From positions 42,346 through 106,345 of the forward strand of contig CBFIJH010000007.1 of assembly GCA_965662895.1 (NCBI GenBank): a stretch of DNA of 64,000 nt, in the 5' to 3' direction. Shown here one piece after another: positions 30,004-39,615 of this stretch. A program made the translations under genes and the position numbers. The stretch's first letter is position 1, and every line of letters begins with the position of its first letter. Source of the stretch: Candidatus Poseidoniaceae archaeon. Lineage in GTDB: Archaea > Thermoplasmatota > Poseidoniia > Poseidoniales > Poseidoniaceae. The notes beneath the pieces were generated by a model. The model saw only the letters and a program-made list of their open reading frames with translations, was not told the origin of the DNA and made no database searches.

Positions 30004-30969
30004 ATGGTTGATGCGCAGCGGAACACCACTGTCTCTGAACCTCAACCATTTGCCATGTGGTACCATGCATTGTACACCAATGGGATTCATCCCAATGCCC
30101 GCTTTCCTCGCAATCGCTACGAATTGTTGCGTGAACGCCTTGAAACATCAGAGGCCATGAACAAGATGGTTTTCAACGTCCCACAGGCGATTTCCGAGGA
30201 ACACCTTCTCCTCGCCCATGGACAAGATTACGTGCAGCGGTTTCTTGCAGGAAAACTAACGGACAAAGAACAGAAACGCATTGGGTTGACGCCTTGGACG
30301 CCAGCGATGATTGAGCGAACCCTCGTTCTCACTGGAGGAGCGTTGGAAGCGACAGAATATGCACTCGAGCATCGAACGTTTTCAGGAAACATGGCGGGTG
30401 GAACCCACCATGCTCACCGAGATTTCGGTTCGGGCTATTGTGTCTTCAACGATCTTGCAATATGTGCAGTGCATGCAATCGAAAACCTTGGCGTTGAGCG
30501 TGTAGCAATTCTTGATTTGGATGTACATCAAGGCGACGGTACGGCCACCATCTTGGCGGATGAACCACGAGTCTGCACAATTTCAGTGCACTGCTCAACG
30601 AACTTTCCCTTTCGTAAATCCAAAAGTGACTACGATCTTCCAGTCGAGCCAGGTTCAGATGACGCTACATTCCTCGAAACGGTCGAGCGAGCATTGACGA
30701 TTTGCAAGGATTTCAATCCAGAACTTCTTCTTTATCAAGCCGGAGTGGACGGTTTAGAACATGATGCTTTGGGGAAACTCAACGTTTCTCGTCAAGGAAT
30801 GCGTCGAAGAAACCATCTCGTGTTTTCAGTTGCAAAGGAGCGAAATATTCCGTTGGTTCTCTTCATGGGCGGTGGATATTCAAAACCTATCGATGCTACA
30901 CTCGACGCATTTTACGACCTCTTTCATGATGCTGCACTTTGGAGTTCGTCAGCGGACAACCAACTCTAG
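30004..30969 (+). CDS. Zn-dependent histone deacetylase family protein
   Basis: RFPRNRY, AGGTHHA, GYCVFNDLA, DLDVHQGDGT, AGVD, GGGY. Start uncertain (30004 or 30055). Confidence 0.92.
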   Translation: MVDAQRNTTVSEPQPFAMWYHALYTNGIHPNARFPRNRYELLRERLETSEAMNKMVFNVPQAISEEHLLLAHGQDYVQRFLAGKLTDKEQKRIGLTPWTPAMIERTLVLTGGALEATEYALEHRTFSGNMAGGTHHAHRDFGSGYCVFNDLAICAVHAIENLGVERVAILDLDVHQGDGTATILADEPRVCTISVHCSTNFPFRKSKSDYDLPVEPGSDDATFLETVERALTICKDFNPELLLYQAGVDGLEHDALGKLNVSRQGMRRRNHLVFSVAKERNIPLVLFMGGGYSKPIDATLDAFYDLFHDAALWSSSADNQL

Positions 30970-31022
30970 GAGTATCAATTGTTCAGAAAACCGTACCCTC
31001 AGTCAACTTCCACCTCAATTAT

Positions 31023-32186
31023 TCAATTCCAAACAAGGTTTGTTTCACGAAATTCATCGATAAGAACTTGCCCTGAATCTGTATTCTGTACAATTCGGAC
31101 ATAAATATCGCAACCGGAGCTACAGTCGGTGTTCCATGCTTCAGCCCGGCCAAATGAAATGGTTGCACCGGGCCGGATTTTTTCGCTCCCAAATCCGGGT
31201 ATGTACGAGCAAACACCATCGTAGCCATCGTAGAAGCACTCAGTTTCTGTACCATCATTGATTGTAATGAAAAACGCCAGATCGTTGATGCTTAACGAAT
31301 CCCATTTACTGGTTTCAAGCGTTAACCCGAAGAGCGATTCATCGTGTTGGAACGAGAAACTGTATTCATTTTTGAATTCATTATCGCACCAATCCGGGAT
31401 GTCGACAGCGTTGACCATGGAATACCATGTGTTATGCGCTTCTTCATTCCAATTTTCGCCAGTAAATTCAAACCGTTCTTTGCTGATCAATGCGACGCAG
31501 TCTTCACTGGTTGTATCCATCAAATCGTATTCGTAAACTTCTCCTTCACCATAATCTTCCTCAAGAACAGATTCAATGACGGATACGAACATTACGCTTC
31601 CATCAATTTTTATTTTCATCTTTGCAACCATTTTTTCATCGTATGGGAATTCCTCAGAGGTAACTGTTCGCTCATATGTCGATGAAAGTTCATCTCCTGA
31701 TTTCTCCCATGTAGCGTCGAACGGCCAGTTTTGGTAGGGGTTTTCCGCCGACCAAGATGAGGAAACCATCGTACCATTCTCGTTGAAACGCATGATTTGG
31801 CCATCATCGGTGACCCATTGCCCAACGAATTCAGCATCACCTTCACCGAAAACTCCGAGAGCATACATGATACCAACCGCGCCCGCAGTGACCAAAATTC
31901 CTACAACGGCAATGGCAATGATTTTCTTTTTCTCAAGCCCATTAGGCTCAATAAGCCCAGGTTGTGATAGCGGGCTGTTGAAAGACGGTGGAGGTAAATT
32001 GATGGTAGGAGTTTGAGGCAATACAGGTCGGGGAGGAACAGCGGGGATTTGTGGAAGGTTCTGTCCAGGAATCGATGCAGGTGGAGTTTGGTTGAAATCT
32101 GGATAATACTGTACAGTGTACTGTTTTGCCTGATCGATAGAATACCCTTGTTGAATGAGAGATTCATAGTACGCTTGCGCTTCCAT
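31023..32186 (-). CDS. Single-pass membrane protein with Pro-rich cytoplasmic arm and acidic extracellular domain
   Basis: N-terminal YYESLIQQGYS..QA..YT..YYPDF, Pro-rich linker, KKK followed by a TM helix, Cys-containing acidic C-terminal region. Confidence 0.75.
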   Translation of the reverse strand: MEAQAYYESLIQQGYSIDQAKQYTVQYYPDFNQTPPASIPGQNLPQIPAVPPRPVLPQTPTINLPPPSFNSPLSQPGLIEPNGLEKKKIIAIAVVGILVTAGAVGIMYALGVFGEGDAEFVGQWVTDDGQIMRFNENGTMVSSSWSAENPYQNWPFDATWEKSGDELSSTYERTVTSEEFPYDEKMVAKMKIKIDGSVMFVSVIESVLEEDYGEGEVYEYDLMDTTSEDCVALISKERFEFTGENWNEEAHNTWYSMVNAVDIPDWCDNEFKNEYSFSFQHDESLFGLTLETSKWDSLSINDLAFFITINDGTETECFYDGYDGVCSYIPGFGSEKIRPGATISFGRAEAWNTDCSSGCDIYVRIVQNTDSGQVLIDEFRETNLVWN

Positions 32187-32400
32187 AAGTTCCACTTGCT
32201 AACTCTCTATTTAGAATTGATTATCAGCGATCCTGAATACTGAGGTATAGGTTCTTTGAAGTTGAGAAAGAAGACAGGTCAATGAGAGCAACATCTGTCC
32301 ATGGGTAGCGTACGAACCATCCTTGCAATTGGTTGAGAATTCAAATTGGGTGGACCAAGTTTCAAGTGCTTGATTCAAAGTAATCGTATCAGTGAGAGAC

Positions 32401-32898
32401 ATGACATCGGGATTTGACGACATTGTTCAAGGAAACAGCGAATTTGTGGCGAGTTTCAGCCATGGTGATGTGCCCGGAAAACCCGCTCGTAACATGCTGT
32501 TGATCACGTGCATGGATTGTCGAATTGTACCTCATCAAGCCCTCGGTTTGACTTTTGGCGACATGAAAGTGATTCGAAATGGAGGTGGTCAAATCAATCC
32601 CGAAGTTGAGAAAGATGTCGTTGTTGCGAACAACATTCTCGAATGCGACCGGATTCTCATTATGCAGCATACTCGGTGTGGAATGGCAGCTGCTACGCTA
32701 GAGAAGGTTCGAGAAGTGGTCCATGCAAACACAGGAGCAGATGTTAGCGAATACTATCCTGACGTCATTTCGAATCAACGAGCAAGAATTGTTGAAGATG
32801 TTCAGAAACTGAAGAACAATCCAATGCTCAAGTCAGATGTGATCATTGAGGGTGCTATGTACGACGTTGATACAGGCAAAATTGATTTTATTGCTTGA
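32401..32898 (+). CDS. Beta-class carbonic anhydrase
   Basis: CMDCR, IRNGGG, HTRCG zinc ligands, YDVDTG. Confidence 0.92.
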   Translation: MTSGFDDIVQGNSEFVASFSHGDVPGKPARNMLLITCMDCRIVPHQALGLTFGDMKVIRNGGGQINPEVEKDVVVANNILECDRILIMQHTRCGMAAATLEKVREVVHANTGADVSEYYPDVISNQRARIVEDVQKLKNNPMLKSDVIIEGAMYDVDTGKIDFIA

Positions 32899-32899
32899 A

Positions 32900-33637
32900 T
32901 CATTGCGAATATCGAAGAGCGACAACATGCTCGACACGAATTTCGTCTTGTCCTTCATGGATTGTCATTTCAATCTCATGCATTTCAACGGGTGCAAAAT
33001 GGAGCGTGTTCCATTCAACAGAACCCCCATTCTCGACAATTTCTCGATTGCCCATGCATTGGCCATCGACGTTGATCACTGCCCATTCAACATCAACGTC
33101 TCTTCCGTTTAATTCCAAGATTGGGGACGGATTGCTGATGGTCGAATTGAGGGTAAAATACGATGGAGATGTACCATCATTGCCGGGTTTTGCATCAAAG
33201 AAGAGGGATTGTGGGCTACCAGTATCGTCTTCAGTCCATGATACGATTTGTTCGACAATGAGAACGATCGTTTCAGTGGTGCGAGTTCCACTTGAATCGA
33301 TTGCGAAAGCCGTCACCGTGTACATCCCATGATGTTCATAATCGAGAGCGATGACCTGTTGCTCGTTGGCTTTCACGCTCATGGCTCGTCCATCATCTGT
33401 TTCAATGCCAAATGTTTGGATCGAAACATCGGATGTCGATTTTGAGAAATCGAGTTCAAACGTTGCAGTCGATGATGAAATTCGTTCACCTTGTTCGTAG
33501 ATGGTTTCGATGACGAGGCGACGTTCATCGACATCAACATTGAGATTGGTTTGAATCTCTTCATCTGCAACAAATCCAAGACATCCAGAAAGAAAGAGGA
33601 AGCAGACCAGTCCCAAGAGGAGAGCCGGCTTTCGCAT
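32900..33637 (-). CDS. Predicted lipoprotein with PKD/Ig-like domain
   Basis: Signal peptide with lipobox LSGC. LDFSKS...YEHHGMYTVTAFAIDSSG is PKD-like. Confidence 0.7.
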   Translation of the reverse strand: MRKPALLLGLVCFLFLSGCLGFVADEEIQTNLNVDVDERRLVIETIYEQGERISSSTATFELDFSKSTSDVSIQTFGIETDDGRAMSVKANEQQVIALDYEHHGMYTVTAFAIDSSGTRTTETIVLIVEQIVSWTEDDTGSPQSLFFDAKPGNDGTSPSYFTLNSTISNPSPILELNGRDVDVEWAVINVDGQCMGNREIVENGGSVEWNTLHFAPVEMHEIEMTIHEGQDEIRVEHVVALRYSQ

Positions 33638-33647
33638 GCCATCACAT

Positions 33648-35147
33648 TCAATTGTTCCAGTTGGTAATCAAATGGTACATGGTGCGGACATGGATTCCAG
33701 TGGCACCGTTTCCGACCATTGTGTTGGTCTTCGCACCCCAGTAAGTTCCTGCGATGTCCATGTGCGCCCAGGTGATTTGGTCACCATCTTCATCGTAGTT
33801 TCGATTTGGAACGAATTGCTTGAGGAATGCTGCAGCGGTGTTTGCTCCGCCCCATCGACCAGCACCGAGATTGCGTGTATCAGCAATCTTCGAATCGGTC
33901 ATTTCCTTCTCGAAGGCAGGGAGAAGCGGCATTGGCCAGGCCAATTCGTCGACTGCATTTCCGGCTTCGTGAATCTTGGTGCGGAAGTCGTCATCGTTTG
34001 ACCACAGACCCGTTGCCTCATGACCAAGTGCGACGACACAAGCACCAGTCAGTGTTGCAAAGTCGATAATGAACTCAGGGTCGAATTCACCGGCTTTCCA
34101 AAGTCCATCAGAAAGAACGAGTCGGCCCTCGGCGTCGGTGTTGAGAACTTCAATGGTTTTTCCAGACAGTGTTGTGATAACATCGCCTGGACGTTGTGCG
34201 TTTGCTGCAGGCATGTTCTCGGCCATGCAGGTGATTCCGACGACCTTTCCGTCGTATCCAGTGGATGCGAGTGCTTGCATGGTTCCGAAAACTGTGGCAG
34301 ATCCTCCCATGTCGTATTTCATTTCATCCATGTTTGCACCAGGCTTGAGCGATATACCGCCCGTATCGAAGGTGATACCCTTTCCAACGAGAAGTGGGCA
34401 TCGACCAGGTTTCTCCTTGTTCATTTCGAAGATAACCATGCATGGTTTTCGAGATGAACCCATTCCGACAGCAACAAGACCGCCCATGCCTGCCTTGATG
34501 GCGTGTTCGTAGTTGATGATGGTCACTTCGACATTGTCGTATTGCTTGGCCCATTCCCAAGCCATGTCTGAGAATGCTTCTGGATACATGTCGTTTGGAG
34601 GACAGTTGCCGAGATCTCGTGAGAGATGAACACCTGAGGCGACTCCAGAATGAATTCGAACGAGTTCTTCGAGAGCTTCTTCTTGGCCTTCATCGCAGGT
34701 GATTCGAACGCTCCGTTCGGATTCCTTATCTTCTTCTTTCTGCATTTTATACTCGTCGTAGGAGTAGTCACGAAGCAACATACCTTCTGCAAAAGCACCC
34801 ATGTATTCAACATCAGCGCCAGCAAAGCGAACGGTGAGATCTGTACCGTGAGTTTTCTTGCGAGCAGCTACAACTGCAGCACCTGCCTTGCGGTAAGCGT
34901 GGACATCAGCATCCTCTTCCTTTCCAAGACCAACGAGCATGGCTTTTCCACCTTCACCCCCAAAGAGGGTGATTGTGGATTTTGCCTTACCTTTGAAATC
35001 TCCATCAGCAAGAACACGATTGATTTGACCCTTGAGGGCGACGTGTAGTCCTGTTGCGTGGGCATCGGGTACGATTTCAGTTCCTTCATAGAGCGGAAGA
35101 ACAAGTGTTCCGTCAATGTTATGACTTGGGCTTACGTTAATTTGCAT
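33648..35147 (-). CDS. pepA: Leucyl aminopeptidase (M17)
   Basis: GKGITFDTGGISLK, MKYDMGG, AENMP, NTDAEGRLVL, ATLTGA, HMDIAG. Confidence 0.95.
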   Translation of the reverse strand: MQINVSPSHNIDGTLVLPLYEGTEIVPDAHATGLHVALKGQINRVLADGDFKGKAKSTITLFGGEGGKAMLVGLGKEEDADVHAYRKAGAAVVAARKKTHGTDLTVRFAGADVEYMGAFAEGMLLRDYSYDEYKMQKEEDKESERSVRITCDEGQEEALEELVRIHSGVASGVHLSRDLGNCPPNDMYPEAFSDMAWEWAKQYDNVEVTIINYEHAIKAGMGGLVAVGMGSSRKPCMVIFEMNKEKPGRCPLLVGKGITFDTGGISLKPGANMDEMKYDMGGSATVFGTMQALASTGYDGKVVGITCMAENMPAANAQRPGDVITTLSGKTIEVLNTDAEGRLVLSDGLWKAGEFDPEFIIDFATLTGACVVALGHEATGLWSNDDDFRTKIHEAGNAVDELAWPMPLLPAFEKEMTDSKIADTRNLGAGRWGGANTAAAFLKQFVPNRNYDEDGDQITWAHMDIAGTYWGAKTNTMVGNGATGIHVRTMYHLITNWNN

Positions 35148-35210
35148 GGTTTCACCGGTAGATGCCAATCCCTTGAGGCACTTGAAACCTTGCGAATGAT
35201 TTTCAGCGAT

Positions 35211-36578
35211 TTATGCTAAATCTTCTTGTTCTTTTCGTAGAAGCGAAATGACCGCTAGTCCCGCAAGAATCGTGGTTGGACTGAACAACCCATAGCCGAT
35301 GAGGAAATTTCCACCCTCCTCATCCTCGATCAAAACGGCGGTAAGGTTCAGGGGTTCAGTCACCCATTTTGAAGCATCGATGACGCGTTTTTGATAATAC
35401 AATTGCCAAGAACCGTCTCCGTTGTAGGACAAGTTCGAAGCATCCAATGCTGCCATCGTTGAATTGCTTGCATTCACTGAGAACAAGGATGAAGTCCACG
35501 TAACTTGGCCATCTGAATCAACGAATTGCAAACTTGCGTTCGTTGTCGAGGCATGTCCCAGATTATCCACGTCGATGGTCACAGTCTCGTCAGAAACTTG
35601 AATCGATTGTACATCGAGTCGAGCACGCCAGTACCAAACATTGGTAATCAGATATCGCATAACATCCATTTCTTCAGCAAGCCGTTCGTTGAGTGCTTCA
35701 ACAGAGCCGGGGACAAACTGTTCATCATCGGTTTCGAACGTGAATGTTGGGAATCCCATAACGCCGTATCCATAGTCTCGACTTGTCCCACAGTTTGGAT
35801 AGAGTCCTTGATTGGCATTTTGAATTGGTATGTCCGAGATGTTTGCGTGAACTTCTTCTCGAATCCCGTGGAACAATTCCCAATCGGATGGCTGGCTTGC
35901 CCACTTACCCCACGGGTAGAGCATAATCCATACGCCCGTATGCATCGTTACGTAGAGATCCGCATCGGAGACATAGTCGTTCATGTATTGTGAATTCGCA
36001 GCAGTTTCAGATTCGCTGAAGGCAGAACTTCCTGGTTGCGTCGTGGGACATGTGTTCCAAAAATGGTCGTAATTTCGATTCAAATCGACTTGATTGATGT
36101 TCCAACGTGTGTCGATGTCGTTGCCATCGGGATTAAGCATAATCAGGATGTGAAGTTCAGTATTCTGGAGCACATCGATCACTTCTTGATTGCCTTCAGA
36201 CCAACCTTCGATGTAGAATTGTGCCGATAACCATGCAAGCGCCGTACCCAAATACTCGTTACCGTGATGTCCGCCGTCAATGTAGACGATTTCCTTCGCT
36301 TTTCCATCGGCTTTGGTCTCCATCGACCAATCTGAGATTTGAAGCACCCAGAGTGTTTTTCCAAGCTCAGAGTTTCCCGCATCGACCAGTTTGACAATGT
36401 CGGGATTGTTGTCAGCCCACCCGTTGACTTCCATTGTCAAAGCAGCCCACGTCATGTGGACATGGTTATCGATTGGCTCTCCGGGCCACGCATCATCTTC
36501 AGCAGTTGAAGCAGCGCTTGCTACTGGGCCAAGACCAGTCAATAGGAGGCAGAGGACGAGGCCGACTGCAGCACGCAT
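35211..36578 (-). CDS. Secreted, C-terminally anchored M14 zinc carboxypeptidase
   Basis: Signal peptide, HGNE, NPDG, VDLNRNY, SESET, YPWG, catalytic FTFE, C-terminal TM followed by RK. Confidence 0.9.
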   Translation of the reverse strand: MRAAVGLVLCLLLTGLGPVASAASTAEDDAWPGEPIDNHVHMTWAALTMEVNGWADNNPDIVKLVDAGNSELGKTLWVLQISDWSMETKADGKAKEIVYIDGGHHGNEYLGTALAWLSAQFYIEGWSEGNQEVIDVLQNTELHILIMLNPDGNDIDTRWNINQVDLNRNYDHFWNTCPTTQPGSSAFSESETAANSQYMNDYVSDADLYVTMHTGVWIMLYPWGKWASQPSDWELFHGIREEVHANISDIPIQNANQGLYPNCGTSRDYGYGVMGFPTFTFETDDEQFVPGSVEALNERLAEEMDVMRYLITNVWYWRARLDVQSIQVSDETVTIDVDNLGHASTTNASLQFVDSDGQVTWTSSLFSVNASNSTMAALDASNLSYNGDGSWQLYYQKRVIDASKWVTEPLNLTAVLIEDEEGGNFLIGYGLFSPTTILAGLAVISLLRKEQEDLA

Positions 36579-36623
36579 GGTCTGGCCTCTCGGCGGTGAG
36601 ACAAAAACGCTTGCTAAAGCATA

Positions 36624-37043
36624 TCACCAATCGCTGGTGAACGCATTTGGATTCTGAACCTTTTCGGATTCTCGAGTCCAGATGGATTGTCCATCAGTCC
36701 CATAGATATCCGCGAAAGGGTCGATGTCCTCCGGCTTGCGCTGTCGCTGCATGTAGGATTCAACACGCTCCTTGAGGTCGGGCTTGAACTTCCAATAGTG
36801 GATGCGCCATTCGCGTCCATCCCAGAGTGTCGTTTCTTCAGATTCTGTTGTTAACAGATCGTAATCTTGGAACATGTAGAACAAGTTACGGTCGGTCGGC
36901 TCGAGAGCATTGTCAATGATGCGGTTGTAAAATCCAAAGAAACCAAGTGCGTGTTCTGCCATACCTGCAGCGACCTCCGCATCCATTTCTGTGTCAATAT
37001 GCTGTTGTATTGCTTGTGTTAACGATTGTAGTGTCATTCCCAT
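36624..37043 (-). CDS. DUF6015-like conserved Thermoplasmatota protein
   Basis: FFGFYNRIIDNALEPTDRNLFYM...LLTTESEETTLWDGREWRIHYW, recalled as this family's motif. Confidence 0.7.
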   Translation of the reverse strand: MGMTLQSLTQAIQQHIDTEMDAEVAAGMAEHALGFFGFYNRIIDNALEPTDRNLFYMFQDYDLLTTESEETTLWDGREWRIHYWKFKPDLKERVESYMQRQRKPEDIDPFADIYGTDGQSIWTRESEKVQNPNAFTSDW

Positions 37044-37204
37044 CTTCCATCACTCCGCCCTCGGGTTTCTTCCGAGAACACTATTGTATATTGGTCGTTG
37101 ATGTATATTAACACATCGGCTGTTTTTCTTGCAATCCACGGTTCATCACTGATATTTGGCTAAATTTTGGCAACGCTTAGAAGCGGAAAGAGGACGCGGA
37201 CACC

Positions 37205-38215
37205 ATGCAGGACGAGGTGATGCCGACCTTTCTTGGGCTCGACCAAGGCCAAGGCGATGTCGACATCGCAATTCTCTCCTTGGCGTACGAATTGACAACA
37301 TCCTACGGCCAAGGGACTGCTATGGGGCCTCAGGCCTGCCTTGAAGCCTCAGCGCAAGTGGAACTCTACGATGCAGATCTGGGCGAAGATCTTCCTGCTG
37401 GGCTTTCAATTCACACCATTCAGCCTTGGAATGGCGAAGGACCAACACTGCTTCAGCAGTTGGATTCTATGGTCGATTACCTCACACCGTGGTTCAAGGG
37501 GGATTGCTTCCCGCTTTGCTTGGGTGGAGAGCACGGCATTTTGCCACCGATCATGGAAGCCGTACGGCGCCATCCTCTTGTGAACAACGATCTTTCCAAC
37601 CTGACCGTTGTCCAAATCGATGCACACGGTGATCTTCGTGAACATTTGGACGGTGAGAAGTATTCTCACGCTTGCGCTGCCGCCCGTGCTCTTGATGCAG
37701 GAATTGGGTCGCTGCTTCAGGTTGGCATCCGTGCTTACAGCAAAAAAGAACACGAACGGATGCTTACAGACGAACGAATTACCACATTCTTCGCTAAGGA
37801 CACACAATCACCGTGCCATGGATTACATCACTGGAATCAATGGCTTGAAACGCTTTCTTCAATCGAAGGGCCTGTTCATCTCACCATCGACATCGATGGT
37901 CTTGATGGAGCATTGGTTCCAGCAACAGGAACTCCAGTTCCTGGTGGGCTGACATTCTGGCAGGTGCACGAAACCATTCAAGCCTTGTTCAACGCACCTA
38001 ATGCTGTCGTGGTCAGTGCGGATGTGAACGAAATTGGTGTTCAAGAAGATTCACCCCTCACTCAATTCACAGCAGCGATGCTGGCAACAAATGTCGTCGC
38101 AGCACATGCTTCTGCACGTCGTAGGGGTGCATGGAATCCTATGGCACCAACGTCTGGACCGCAGCGTTCGGTTCATGATTCCAGTGGATTCTTCCAATCG
38201 AATGGAGGTCCGTGA
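37205..38215 (+). CDS. speB: Agmatinase / ureohydrolase family protein
   Basis: TTSYGQGTAMGP, LGGEH, DAHGD, SHAC, QVGIR, DIDGLD, TGTPVPGG. Confidence 0.88.
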   Translation: MQDEVMPTFLGLDQGQGDVDIAILSLAYELTTSYGQGTAMGPQACLEASAQVELYDADLGEDLPAGLSIHTIQPWNGEGPTLLQQLDSMVDYLTPWFKGDCFPLCLGGEHGILPPIMEAVRRHPLVNNDLSNLTVVQIDAHGDLREHLDGEKYSHACAAARALDAGIGSLLQVGIRAYSKKEHERMLTDERITTFFAKDTQSPCHGLHHWNQWLETLSSIEGPVHLTIDIDGLDGALVPATGTPVPGGLTFWQVHETIQALFNAPNAVVVSADVNEIGVQEDSPLTQFTAAMLATNVVAAHASARRRGAWNPMAPTSGPQRSVHDSSGFFQSNGGP

Positions 38216-38602
38216 ATGAGCTTAAATGCACGTGGAAAACACATCTTCGTCGATTATTCGGAATTCTTTCCATCCTCCTCATTCGATGGAAAAAAGATGC
38301 TTGAACTGATGAAACAAGCCGTTGCAAAAAGTGGGGCAAGAGAAGTCCATGCTCACGTTGAAATCTTCGACGGTTCCGTTTCCCCGCCAGGTTTTGCGGC
38401 CGTTGTTTTGCTTGACGAGAGCCACCTTAGCGCTCACTGTTATTCGGATCAAGGTCTGCTTGCCATTGACGCCTTTACGTGCGGCGGCACCGACCCGGCC
38501 TCCATCGTTGAAGATTTGAAGCAAACGTTGTACGATTTGTCTCCATCAACGGTTATGATTCAAGAGAATAGTGTTGATCGATTCCTGCTTACGGAGGTAT
38601 GA
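38216..38602 (+). CDS. SpeD/SpeH-family pyruvoyl-dependent decarboxylase proenzyme (substrate uncertain)
   Basis: GKHIFVD, PPGFAAVVLLDESHLSAH (E|S autocleavage site), DAFTCG. Confidence 0.85.
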   Translation: MSLNARGKHIFVDYSEFFPSSSFDGKKMLELMKQAVAKSGAREVHAHVEIFDGSVSPPGFAAVVLLDESHLSAHCYSDQGLLAIDAFTCGGTDPASIVEDLKQTLYDLSPSTVMIQENSVDRFLLTEV

Positions 38603-39561
38603 ACGTGAGTATACGAAGCACGATTGAATCCTACTTCCATCATTTCAATGCTGGTGAATTGGGCAAGATGTCCGCTTCGCTCTTGAAGCACATCGATTCC
38701 GGAGGCAAGGTCTTCATCACCCTCGCTGGTGCCATGAGCACCGCAGGAATTGGACAGTTGCTTGCACCCATGATTCGAAAAGGTCACGTTGCAGCAATCA
38801 GTTGCACCGGAGCAAATCTCGAGGAAGATGTGTTTCGAATGATGGCACTGCCCCATTACGAGTCCATCGAGAACTGGAGAACCCTCTCGTTGGAAGACGA
38901 GAAAGAACTTGTCAACAAAAAAATGAATCGTGTAACGGATGTTTGCATCCCTGAGGAGCAAGCGATACGTGATTTGGAATCGCATCTCATGCAAGTTTGG
39001 AAAAAGGCATTGGATGAAAAAAAACGGCAACTTCCACATCACTACTTCTTTGATGTGCTACGCTCGGAGTCCTTTCTGAATTCGTGCGAGGGCGATGTCT
39101 CTGCTTCATGGGTCCATGCAGCTTGTGAAGCGAACATACCGGTCTATGTCCCAGGATGGGAAGATTCGACCATGGGCAACATCTTCGCTGCCCGTTCCAT
39201 TGAAGAAGCGATTGATTCCGATTGCATTCTATCAGGAATTGAGTACATGAAACACCTTGCATCATGGTACGAAGCGCAAACAATACCGCTGGCATTTTTA
39301 CAAATTGGTGGTGGAATTGCTGGAGATTTTCCCATTTGCGTTGTTCCAATGCTCAATCAAGATCTTGAGCGAGACGTTCCACTCTGGTCATGGTTTGGAC
39401 AAATTTCCGAGTCGCGTCCTTCGTATGGAGGATATTCAGGAGCACCACCAAGTGAAAAAATTACGTGGGGGAAAATCGATGCATCGACGCCAATGTTCGT
39501 GGTCGAAAGCGATGCTACGATTGTGGCCCCGCTTTTGTTTGCGTACATTTTGAACCTCTGA
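38599..39561 (+). CDS. Deoxyhypusine synthase-like protein (bacterial type)
   Basis: HFNA, LAGAMSTA, CTGANLEED, NRVTDVCIPEE, PGWEDSTMGN, GGGIAGDFPICVVP, EKITWGK (catalytic Lys), SDATIVAP. Confidence 0.9.
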   Translation: MNVSIRSTIESYFHHFNAGELGKMSASLLKHIDSGGKVFITLAGAMSTAGIGQLLAPMIRKGHVAAISCTGANLEEDVFRMMALPHYESIENWRTLSLEDEKELVNKKMNRVTDVCIPEEQAIRDLESHLMQVWKKALDEKKRQLPHHYFFDVLRSESFLNSCEGDVSASWVHAACEANIPVYVPGWEDSTMGNIFAARSIEEAIDSDCILSGIEYMKHLASWYEAQTIPLAFLQIGGGIAGDFPICVVPMLNQDLERDVPLWSWFGQISESRPSYGGYSGAPPSEKITWGKIDASTPMFVVESDATIVAPLLFAYILNL

Positions 39562-39615
39562 TTGTTCAAACAACGCCCCCAAACCCTTAGAGATGAGCGG
39601 TGGCAAGAACACTAC

